From Candidatus Nealsonbacteria bacterium (GTDB lineage: Bacteria > Patescibacteriota > Minisyncoccia > Minisyncoccales > RBG-13-36-15): DNA of 64,000 bases. The notes beneath the pieces were generated by a model that saw nothing but the letters and a program-made list of their open reading frames with translations, ran no database searches and was not told the DNA's origin. Each line of letters begins with the position of its first letter. Within the stretch, counting starts at the first letter, position 1. A program made the position numbers and the translations under genes. Positions 18,207 to 26,059 of the stretch are shown piece after piece. The DNA lies in contig DRFQ01000010.1 in assembly GCA_011050465.1 (NCBI GenBank), positions 15,514-79,513 of the forward strand, in the 5' to 3' direction.

Positions 18207-18830
18207 ATGAATAAGGGTTTCACTTTAATCGAACTCTTAGTCGTTATTACCATTATTGGCATTTTGGCCGGCATTATTTTGGTTGCAATGGGATCAGTAC
18301 GAGAGAAGGCAAAAGATACCAAAATTGAGAGCAATATGCTTCAGCTCCAGCAGCTAGCTGAAAATCTCTATTTAGACTATGGAAATTATGATAATGTAGA
18401 CCCTACTATCTCGTCTGAAATTGCTGCTATTGAAAATGATATCATCACCCAAGGAGGTTCGCCACTAACTATTAAAACACCTTTACCAGCTGATACATAC
18501 TGTGCTTATACATCTTTAAATAAAACTTTAGACGGACAACAGGTCTATTATTGCACTGATTATTTGTTTAGGAACCAGCAGATTGGGGATCCTTCTATTG
18601 GTTGTTATGATACCTGTTTTGTTTGTCCAGCCTGCCTCGATTCCAATGGTGATGGTTTGATGACGGCCGGTCCTGACCCGATACCAAACGAGCTGTTGAA
18701 CATGTTCATATCGTCTTGTTGGGGGCAGCCTGCTTCTTGTAATCCCAGCCTAGATTTAGATTGTAATGGAATAATCAATATCTTAGATGTGATGTCTTAT
18801 AGCGGCTTAATACCTTATCCTTGTCTATAA
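18207..18830 (+). CDS. Type IV pilin, paralog 3, with Cys-rich dockerin-like (EF-hand type) C-terminal module
   Basis: MNKG then FTLIELLVVITIIGILAGIILVAMGSVREKAKDTKI. C-terminus has CLDSNGDGLMT and DLDCNGIINILDV (DxDxNGxIxxxD). The track ORF extends in-frame up to ATG 17994 through a GC-rich leader. Confidence 0.75.
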   Translation: MNKGFTLIELLVVITIIGILAGIILVAMGSVREKAKDTKIESNMLQLQQLAENLYLDYGNYDNVDPTISSEIAAIENDIITQGGSPLTIKTPLPADTYCAYTSLNKTLDGQQVYYCTDYLFRNQQIGDPSIGCYDTCFVCPACLDSNGDGLMTAGPDPIPNELLNMFISSCWGQPASCNPSLDLDCNGIINILDVMSYSGLIPYPCL

Positions 18831-18897
18831 TTTTCTTAGAGAATACTATTAACTGGTCCGTCCCGCCCTCAGAAAGGGCTTTTTACTCTGCTTTTTG

Positions 18898-18906
18898 TGT
18901 TATAAT
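18898..18906 (+). promoter_or_regulatory. Extended -10 element (TGtTATAAT) 6 nt upstream of the pilD ATG
   Basis: Exact TGnTATAAT. The spacing implies a leaderless or near-leaderless transcript. Confidence 0.5.
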
Positions 18907-18912
18907 CAGAAA

Positions 18913-19740
18913 ATGGCGCTAAATTTTCTTTTTTACTCCACTATTTTTATTTTTGGCCTAACAACAGGTTCTTTCCTGAATTCGATAATTTATCGCCTCC
19001 AGGCTGGGGAAGGCTTTTTACTTGCCCCGTTAAAATCTCGAGGAGATTTTTTTTCGGGGTTTCAAAGATCCTATTGCCCTCATTGCAAAAGAACTCTCAG
19101 TTGGCAGGATTTAATTCCTCTTTTCAGCTTTTTATTTTTAAAGGGCAAGTGCCGTTATTGTCAGAAAAAAATCTCCTGGCAGTATCCTTTAGTAGAAATA
19201 GCAACTGCGATGCTATTTCTGCTAATTCTCAATTCCCAATTCTCAATTCCCAATTCCCAATTTCTAGATTTTATTTATTTGTTAGTTATTTCTTGTATGT
19301 TGATCATTATTTTTGTCTATGACTTAAAACATTACATCATTCCCGACAAAATAATTTATCCGGCAATAGCCTTAGCCCTAATTTATAATTTCTACCAATT
19401 CGCTATCAACAATCAACAATTAGCAATGAGCAATTTCTTGGCTGCCATATTCGCTTCAGCTTTCTTTTTCTCGGTTGTTCTTATTTCAAAGGGTCGCTGG
19501 ATGGGTTGGGGCGATCCTAAATTAGTCTTTTTTATGGGATTATTGCTTGGTTTCTCCAATATTTTAGTTGCCCTCTTTATAGCTTTTTTATTCGGAGCTA
19601 TAATAGGAATAGGGCTGATCATCTTCAGAAAGAAAACATTCAAGAGCGAAGTTCCTTTTGGGCCGTTCTTAATTACCGGAACCCTTATAGCTTTGTTCTG
19701 GGGCAAAGAAATTATAAACTGGTATTTGCATTTACTCTAG
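18913..19740 (+). CDS. pilD: Prepilin peptidase PilD (A24 family)
   Basis: Multi-pass membrane protein. CPHC...CRYC zinc motif, YDLKHYIIPD and GWGDPKL catalytic Asp contexts. The track ORF starts at TTG 18895; ATG 18913 is preferred. Confidence 0.85.
   Translation: MALNFLFYSTIFIFGLTTGSFLNSIIYRLQAGEGFLLAPLKSRGDFFSGFQRSYCPHCKRTLSWQDLIPLFSFLFLKGKCRYCQKKISWQYPLVEIATAMLFLLILNSQFSIPNSQFLDFIYLLVISCMLIIIFVYDLKHYIIPDKIIYPAIALALIYNFYQFAINNQQLAMSNFLAAIFASAFFFSVVLISKGRWMGWGDPKLVFFMGLLLGFSNILVALFIAFLFGAIIGIGLIIFRKKTFKSEVPFGPFLITGTLIALFWGKEIINWYLHLL
19224..19262 (+). repeat. 14-bp tandem repeat (about 2.5 units of ctcaattcccaatt) inside pilD
   Basis: aattctcaattcccaattctcaattcccaattcccaattt, encoding NSQFSIPNSQF. 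Confidence 0.8.
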
Positions 19741-19795
19741 TAAAAATAGCTAATAGCCAATTGTTAATAGTTAATAGAGAATTAACAATGTAACA

Positions 19796-20386
19796 ATGAA
19801 ACAATGTGGTAATGTAACCCCGAAAAGAAATCAAAGATTTCTAACGGGGCAGGCAACAAATAGAGGTTTTACTCTTATCGAGCTTTTAGTTGTAATTAGT
19901 ATTATTGTTATTTTGACCGGAATAGTTCTTGTTAGTTATAGAGCGGGGGAACAACAACTTGCCCTTCAAAGAGCAGCTAATAAATTAGCTCAAGACATCA
20001 GAAGAGTCCAAGAAATGGCAATGTCAGCAAAAGAATCTCAAAAAATTTTTCCTCCGGGAGTTCCTCTAGGAGGATATGGGATTCATTTAACCAGGGGGGA
20101 AAATCAATATATAATTTATAGTGATGGCGGAAATGAAAAATGGGGTGGCGCAGGAGATTTTATTGAAGAAAATATAGGTTTAGAAAAAGGAGTGTTTATA
20201 AAAAACATTGAGCCTCCTGCAGCTTCTTTTAGTATAAATTTTAAACCCCCTGACCCTATAATTAGGATTGTAGATGCGGCAGGAGTTGATAAAGATAATG
20301 TGGCAATTATCCTCGCCTTAGAAGCTGATTCAAACAAAATTAAAAAAATCAGAGTAAATAAAGCTGGCCGAATTGAGATAGACTAA
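19796..20386 (+). CDS. Minor pilin / pseudopilin (GspH/FimT-like) with a 24-aa leader
   Basis: MKQCGNVTPKRNQRFLTGQATNRG then FTLIELLVVISIIVILTGIVLV. Confidence 0.75.
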   Translation: MKQCGNVTPKRNQRFLTGQATNRGFTLIELLVVISIIVILTGIVLVSYRAGEQQLALQRAANKLAQDIRRVQEMAMSAKESQKIFPPGVPLGGYGIHLTRGENQYIIYSDGGNEKWGGAGDFIEENIGLEKGVFIKNIEPPAASFSINFKPPDPIIRIVDAAGVDKDNVAIILALEADSNKIKKIRVNKAGRIEID

Positions 20387-20438
20387 AGATCATCTGAATA
20401 TATAAACATGTTAAAATGCTGAAATGTTTAATGTTAAA

Positions 20439-20945
20439 ATGAAGAATAAAGGTTTCACCCTTCTTGAGGTCATCATTGCCATTGTTTTGGTTCTTGTGGG
20501 GATAACGGGAACTTTTGTTTTGATTACCAAAACTATGGGAGTTATGGCTATTTCTTCTTCCCGGCTTATTGCAGCCTACTTGTCTCAGGAAGGAATTGAA
20601 ATTGTCAGAAATATTAGAGATACAAATTGGATTGAACAAAGTGCTGGTTCTAATTCTTGGGACGAAGGGTTGACTGGCTGCTCAACAGGCTGTGCAGCAG
20701 ATTATACTTATACAGCGACTGAGGATCCAGATCTATTATTGGTCCCTCCAGAGAGTTTTCTAAAAATTTCAGTTACTGGTATTTATAGCTATAATCCAGC
20801 TGATACCGATACTAAATTCAAAAGAGGAATTACTATTGTGCCAAACGGCTCGGATATTTTGGAAGTTACTGTTTTGGTTGAATGGAAAGAGAAAGGAAAA
20901 ACCTATTCTCATACTGCCCAGGAAAATTTGTACAACTGGAAATAA
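20439..20945 (+). CDS. Minor pilin (PilV-like)
   Basis: MKNKG then FTLLEVIIAIVLVLVGITG. The track ORF starts at 20424 (MFNVK...). Confidence 0.7.
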   Translation: MKNKGFTLLEVIIAIVLVLVGITGTFVLITKTMGVMAISSSRLIAAYLSQEGIEIVRNIRDTNWIEQSAGSNSWDEGLTGCSTGCAADYTYTATEDPDLLLVPPESFLKISVTGIYSYNPADTDTKFKRGITIVPNGSDILEVTVLVEWKEKGKTYSHTAQENLYNWK

Positions 20946-21024
20946 AGATTATTTAAACATCTAAACATTTGATAAACACTAAAATATAAAAATATTTAAA
21001 ATGTTAAAATGCTTAAATGCTAAA

Positions 21025-21558
21025 ATGAAGAGGGGCTTCACCCTCATTGAGCTGATGGTTGCCGTAACCTTTTTCGCCTTAGTTATCGGATCTGCTACTG
21101 GTCTTTTTATTTCAGCTGTCCGTTCCCAGGCTAAAGCTTTAGTTGTCCAGAAACTTTTAGACGAGTCGAGTTATGTTATAGAATATATGAGCCGAGCTTT
21201 AAGGATGGCACAAAAAGATACAGATGGGATGACTTGTCTTACCGCTGTTGGCTCAGGATATAATTATGAAGTTAATGCCACGGGCGATAGTATAAAATTT
21301 ATAAATTATCAAGATATCTGCCAGAAATTTTATTTAGATAACTACCAGCTTAAAGAAAACAAGGGCGGTATCTTAGAACTAACTTCTAATAAGCTGAAAA
21401 TATCTTCACTTCAATTTCATCTCTCAGGAGCTGCTCAGACAGACTCTCTTCAGCCAAGAGCAACTATTTCAATGACAATAAGAAAAGCGGGAGTAACAGG
21501 GCCGGGAATTAAAATCCAGACCACCATTTCCCAGAGAAATTTAGACATCCAACAATAA
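21025..21558 (+). CDS. Minor pilin (PilW-like)
   Basis: MKRG then FTLIELMVAVTFFALVIGS. The track ORF starts at 21001. Confidence 0.7.
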   Translation: MKRGFTLIELMVAVTFFALVIGSATGLFISAVRSQAKALVVQKLLDESSYVIEYMSRALRMAQKDTDGMTCLTAVGSGYNYEVNATGDSIKFINYQDICQKFYLDNYQLKENKGGILELTSNKLKISSLQFHLSGAAQTDSLQPRATISMTIRKAGVTGPGIKIQTTISQRNLDIQQ

Positions 21559-21687
21559 AAATCTCAATTTTCAATGACCAATAAATTAATCAACCCCCCC
21601 AATTCCTAAATTTCTAAAAATAATTGATTATTAAGTCATTGAATAGTCATTGAGATTTGGGCATTGGTCATTTTGAAGATTAAAACA

Positions 21688-22098
21688 ATGAAGCAATGTA
21701 ACAATATAACCCCGAAAAGAAATCAAAGATTTCTAACGGGACAGGTAATGCAGCGAGGTGTTGCTATCTATCTTGCCATAGTAATTATGTTCGTTTTGCT
21801 TGGTATTGGTTTGGGGATAAGCACTCTTTTAGTCGGGCAAATCAGAATAATTAGAGGAATGGGCTATTCAGTAGTTGCTCTTTATGCTGCCGATACCGGA
21901 ATTGAGAGAGTTTTATATGCGATTAGAAAGGAAAATCCACCATATGTTCCTGTCGCTGGCGATGAACCTTTCACTGGTGCTGCTTTAGATAATGGTGCTA
22001 CCTATACAGTAAAGATTATTTCAGCTAATGGGACCCTTACTATTAATTCAATAGGCGTTTATCAAGGAACTAGCCGAGCAATAGAAATTTCCTATTAA
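21688..22098 (+). CDS. PilX-like minor pilin
   Basis: QRGVAIYLAIVIMFVLLGIGLG N-terminal segment. Alternative start at ATG 21748 (MQRG...). The track ORF starts at TTG 21664. Confidence 0.6.
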   Translation: MKQCNNITPKRNQRFLTGQVMQRGVAIYLAIVIMFVLLGIGLGISTLLVGQIRIIRGMGYSVVALYAADTGIERVLYAIRKENPPYVPVAGDEPFTGAALDNGATYTVKIISANGTLTINSIGVYQGTSRAIEISY

Positions 22099-22188
22099 AA
22101 TATCTCAGCGATAGATAAAAGACTTCGGAGATTTAGCCTCCGATTTTTTGATTATAATCTAATCTCTAGTTATAATTAAAAGAGGGTT

Positions 22189-24369
22189 ATGCATAAAAAA
22201 GAAGCAAAAAAAAGAATTGAAAAATTAAAAAAACTTATCAATCGTTATCGATACCTATACCACGTTCTTGATCGGCAGGAGATTTCAGACGCTGCCTTGG
22301 ATTCTTTGAAGAAAGAGCTTTTTGATTTGGAGCAAAAATACCCTGAATTTATTACCCTTGATTCCCCGACCCAAAGAATTGGAGGAAAGCCCCTTGAAAA
22401 ATTTAAAAAAGTCAGACACTCTCAGCCAATGCTATCTTTTAATGATGCTTTTTCTGAAAAAGATATGAAAGACTGGCAAGAGAGAATTTCAAAACTTTTA
22501 ACCGGGAAAGAGCAGAAAGAAATAGATTTTTTTTGCGAGTTAAAAATTGATGGTTTGGCTGTCGAGTTGATTTATGAAAAAGGAATTCTAAAAATAGGAT
22601 CGACTCGGGGAGATGGCTTAATTGGTGAAAATGTTACTCAAAATTTAAAGACCATTGAAGCTATTCCCTTGAAACTTCAAGCAAAAAAAGACACAATAAA
22701 AAACCTTAAAAAACTTAACTTCTTACCCTATACCAAGTGCCAGATACCAGATACCATAGTCGTTAGGGGAGAAGTTTTTATTTCAAAAAAAGAGCTTGAA
22801 AAACTAAATAAAGAAAGACAAAAAAAGGGACTGGCTCTTTACGCCAATCCGAGAAATGTGGCAGCAGGTTCCATTCGGCAACTGGATTCTAGGGTTATAG
22901 CCAAAAGGCGTCTTGATTCTTTTGCTTATGATTTAGTCATCGATCTTAGCCGGAACCCCAAAAGAAGGCCTTCGATTTCCTACGGAGCAAGAACACACGA
23001 AGAAGAACATAAAATATTAAAAGCCCTGGGGTTTAAGATTAATCTTCATAACAAATATTGTAAAGATTTATCGGCAGTTTTTGAATTTCATAAGTTTTGG
23101 CAAAAAGAGAGGATAAAAATTCCTTATGAAATTGATGGAATCGTGGTAATAGTTAATTCAAATAAAATTTTTGAGAAATTGGGTGTAGTTGGGAAAGCGC
23201 CAAGGGGATCCATTGCTTTCAAATTTGCTTTGAAACAAGCGACTACCAAAATCGAGGATATAAAAATTCAGGTTGGCAGGACGGGAGCCTTGACTCCGGT
23301 TGCTTGCCTAAAGCCTGTTCAAGTTGGAGGGGTAACAATCTCTCGGGCCACCCTGCATAATGAAGATGAAATAAAAAGGTTGGGAATAAAAATAGGAGAC
23401 ACAGTTATTGTCGGAAGGGCAGGAGATGTTATTCCCGATATTGTCAAAGTTTTACCCGAGCTGAGGACCGGAAAAGAAAAAAGTTTTAAGATGCCCTTAA
23501 AATGCCCTGTTTGTGGTGCAAAAGTGATTCGACCTGAAGAGGAGGTGGTATCTCGTTGTGAAAATCCTAAATGCTTTGCCCAACAAAAAAGATCTCTCTA
23601 TCATTTTATTTCCAAAGGAGCTTTTAATATTGTCGGTTTGGGGCCAAAGATTATTGATAAATTGATTGATGCAGGATTAGTTTCAGATCCAGCCGACATT
23701 TTTAAATTAGAAATAGGAGATATCTTGCCATTGAAAAGCTTGCTCCGTAGGCCGAGCCCTCAACGCCTTGAGCGCTCGGTCCTGCGGGGATTTGCCGAGA
23801 AATCAGCCCAAAATTTAATTAAAGCAATTCAGCCTCGAAAAAAAATTACTCTACCAAGATTTATTTATGCTTTAGGAATTAGGAATGTTGGAGAAGAAAC
23901 CAGCATGGATTTAGCTAGATATTTTGGTTCTTTGGGAAAATTAAAAAAAGCCTCTTTGGTAAGGCTTGAAAATATAATGGACATTGGACCGGTAGTGGCA
24001 AAATCAATTTTCGACTGGTTTCATCAAAAGAGAAATTTGCAATTTCTTCAGAAATTAGAGAGAGTGGGAGTAAAAATAATAGACGAAAGATTAAAGATGG
24101 AAAATGGCAAATTACAAGGATTAACTTTTGTTTTAACCGGTAGCTTAGAAAATATAACTAGAAATGAGGCGAAAGAGAACATCAGAGAACTAGGAGGAGA
24201 AATTTCAGAGTCAGTTTCTCAAAAGACAGATTATGTTGTGGTGGGCAAGGAACCGGGAGCAAAGCATGAAAAGGCAAGAAGGCTGGGAATTAAGACGATG
24301 GGGGAGAAAGAATTCCTTAAATTAATCAAATCAAGCCAAACAGAGGCCCGGCCTTTGTTAACTCAATGA
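22189..24369 (+). CDS. ligA: NAD-dependent DNA ligase LigA
   Basis: 726 aa. CELKIDG adenylation lysine motif, four-Cys zinc finger (CPVCGAKV...CENPKC), HhH region, C-terminal BRCT (FVLTGSL). AGAGGG Shine-Dalgarno-like sequence upstream. Confidence 0.95.
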   Translation: MHKKEAKKRIEKLKKLINRYRYLYHVLDRQEISDAALDSLKKELFDLEQKYPEFITLDSPTQRIGGKPLEKFKKVRHSQPMLSFNDAFSEKDMKDWQERISKLLTGKEQKEIDFFCELKIDGLAVELIYEKGILKIGSTRGDGLIGENVTQNLKTIEAIPLKLQAKKDTIKNLKKLNFLPYTKCQIPDTIVVRGEVFISKKELEKLNKERQKKGLALYANPRNVAAGSIRQLDSRVIAKRRLDSFAYDLVIDLSRNPKRRPSISYGARTHEEEHKILKALGFKINLHNKYCKDLSAVFEFHKFWQKERIKIPYEIDGIVVIVNSNKIFEKLGVVGKAPRGSIAFKFALKQATTKIEDIKIQVGRTGALTPVACLKPVQVGGVTISRATLHNEDEIKRLGIKIGDTVIVGRAGDVIPDIVKVLPELRTGKEKSFKMPLKCPVCGAKVIRPEEEVVSRCENPKCFAQQKRSLYHFISKGAFNIVGLGPKIIDKLIDAGLVSDPADIFKLEIGDILPLKSLLRRPSPQRLERSVLRGFAEKSAQNLIKAIQPRKKITLPRFIYALGIRNVGEETSMDLARYFGSLGKLKKASLVRLENIMDIGPVVAKSIFDWFHQKRNLQFLQKLERVGVKIIDERLKMENGKLQGLTFVLTGSLENITRNEAKENIRELGGEISESVSQKTDYVVVGKEPGAKHEKARRLGIKTMGEKEFLKLIKSSQTEARPLLTQ

Positions 24370-25460
24370 GGGATGTTTTAATTCATCTTAAAAAATTAGA
24401 TTGGATTTTGATTATTATTGTTCTTTCGTTGATTGGTATTGGGCTGCTTTCTATTTATAGTTCCTCACTGGGAAGGGAAGATTTTTTGAATTTTAAAAAA
24501 CAGATTATCTTTTTAACGATGGGATTTTTTTTAATGTTAATTTTCAGCTTTTTAAACTGGAGAATGTTTAAAGATAATCCTCATTTAATTTTGGCTCTAT
24601 ATTTTTTATGTTTACTGGCTTTGGTCGGCCTATTTTTTTTCGCCTCAGAAATTAGACAAGTTAGAAGTTGGTATAAATTAGGGCCTCTTGTTTTTGACCC
24701 AAAAGAATTTACTAAAATTATTTTAATTATTTTACTGGCTAAATTTTTTTCGATGAGACATATTGAAATGTACCAACCAAGACATATTTTGCTTTCTGGG
24801 GTTTATGTGTTTTTGGCAGCCTCTTTAATTTTTTTTCAGCCAGATTTTGGCTCGTTTTTAATTTTTATTTTTTTGTGGGCGGCAATTTTAGTCGTTTCCG
24901 GTATAAAAATTCGCCATTTTCTGATTTTAATTTTTTTGGGGTTAATTTTTTTAGTTTTCAGTTGGTCGTTTTTACTAAAAGACTATCAACAAAAGAGAAT
25001 CATCAGTTTTGTTCAACCCCAGGCAGATCCTCAAGGAATGGGCTGGAGCCAGCAACAGGCAAAAATTGCCATTGGATCTGGAGGGATATTTGGCCAGGGA
25101 ATTGGTAAAGGTTCTCAGGTTCAGTATGGTTTTTTAACCGTTCCTCAGACTGATTTTATTTTTTCTGCTATTGCCGAAGAAATGGGCCTAATTGGAGTGC
25201 TAATTTTATTGACTCTTTTATCTCTTTTAATCTGGCGAATTGTTAAAATTGCTCTTTCTGCCAAAACTAACTTTCCTCGTCTATTTGCTGTCGGTTTGGC
25301 CACCATCTTAATTTCCCAGATTTTTATTCACATTGGCATGAATCTCGGGCTTTTGCCGATTATCGGCATACCCTTGCCTTTGGTTAGCTATGGGGGTTCC
25401 GGCTTAATTTCTATCTTTATTGGCCTGGGTATTCTCCAAAGTATTAAAACAAAGAAATAA
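24366..25460 (+). CDS. SEDS-family peptidoglycan polymerase (FtsW/RodA)
   Basis: 364 aa, about 10 TM helices. QPDFGS, TDFIFSAIAEEMG, PLPLVSYGGS motifs. Confidence 0.85.
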   Translation: MRDVLIHLKKLDWILIIIVLSLIGIGLLSIYSSSLGREDFLNFKKQIIFLTMGFFLMLIFSFLNWRMFKDNPHLILALYFLCLLALVGLFFFASEIRQVRSWYKLGPLVFDPKEFTKIILIILLAKFFSMRHIEMYQPRHILLSGVYVFLAASLIFFQPDFGSFLIFIFLWAAILVVSGIKIRHFLILIFLGLIFLVFSWSFLLKDYQQKRIISFVQPQADPQGMGWSQQQAKIAIGSGGIFGQGIGKGSQVQYGFLTVPQTDFIFSAIAEEMGLIGVLILLTLLSLLIWRIVKIALSAKTNFPRLFAVGLATILISQIFIHIGMNLGLLPIIGIPLPLVSYGGSGLISIFIGLGILQSIKTKK

Positions 25461-25655
25461 TTTAGTATATTAGTATGTCGGATTGATTAGTCTTTCTTAG
25501 TTTTCCTCTTGAGGATCCGGCAAGCGAACGGTCGGTTAGCGAAGAAACAATTGGAGAATCAGCGGACGAACAGCTAGTTGAATAATAGTATTTCGTATTT
25601 GGTATTTTGTATTTAGTATTTTGTATGTTGTATTTCGTATCTCGTATTTAGGAAT

Positions 25656-26043
25656 ATGAAAATTAGATCATTTACTGATCTCGATGCTTGGCGAGAAGGA
25701 CATAAATTGGTTTTAATGATTTACAATATTGCCAAGCACTTTCCGTCGGAAGAAAAATTTGCTATTATTAATCAAATGCGACGCTGTGTTGTTTCTATCA
25801 CTTCAAACATTGCCGAAGGCTTTGCCCATCAATCTAAAAAAGAGAAAATTCAGTTTTACTCTATAAGCTAAGGGATCAAATACTGAGTTACAAAACCAAC
25901 TTTTAATCGCAAAAGATATAGAATATTTAGAGCGGAGAGATTTTAATAAGATGGCCGATCAATCGACAAAAGTTAGCAAACTTTTGAATGGTCTAATAAA
26001 GTTTTGTAAAAAATCAACCAAAATATCAGATACGAGATACTAA
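25656..26043 (+). pseudogene. Four-helix-bundle protein (23S rRNA intervening-sequence protein family), interrupted by a 1-nt frameshift
   Basis: Frame 0 gives MKIRSFTDLDAWREGHKLVLMIYNIAKHFPSEEKFAIINQMRRCVVSITSNIAEGFAHQSKKEKIQFYSIS then a stop at 25869. The +1 frame continues AKGSNTELQNQLLIAKDIEYLERRDFNKMADQSTKVSKLLNGLIKFCKK to a stop at 26041. Deleting one A near 25866 restores a family-typical protein of about 128 aa. Confidence 0.65.
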
Positions 26044-26059
26044 GTACTATATACGAATT

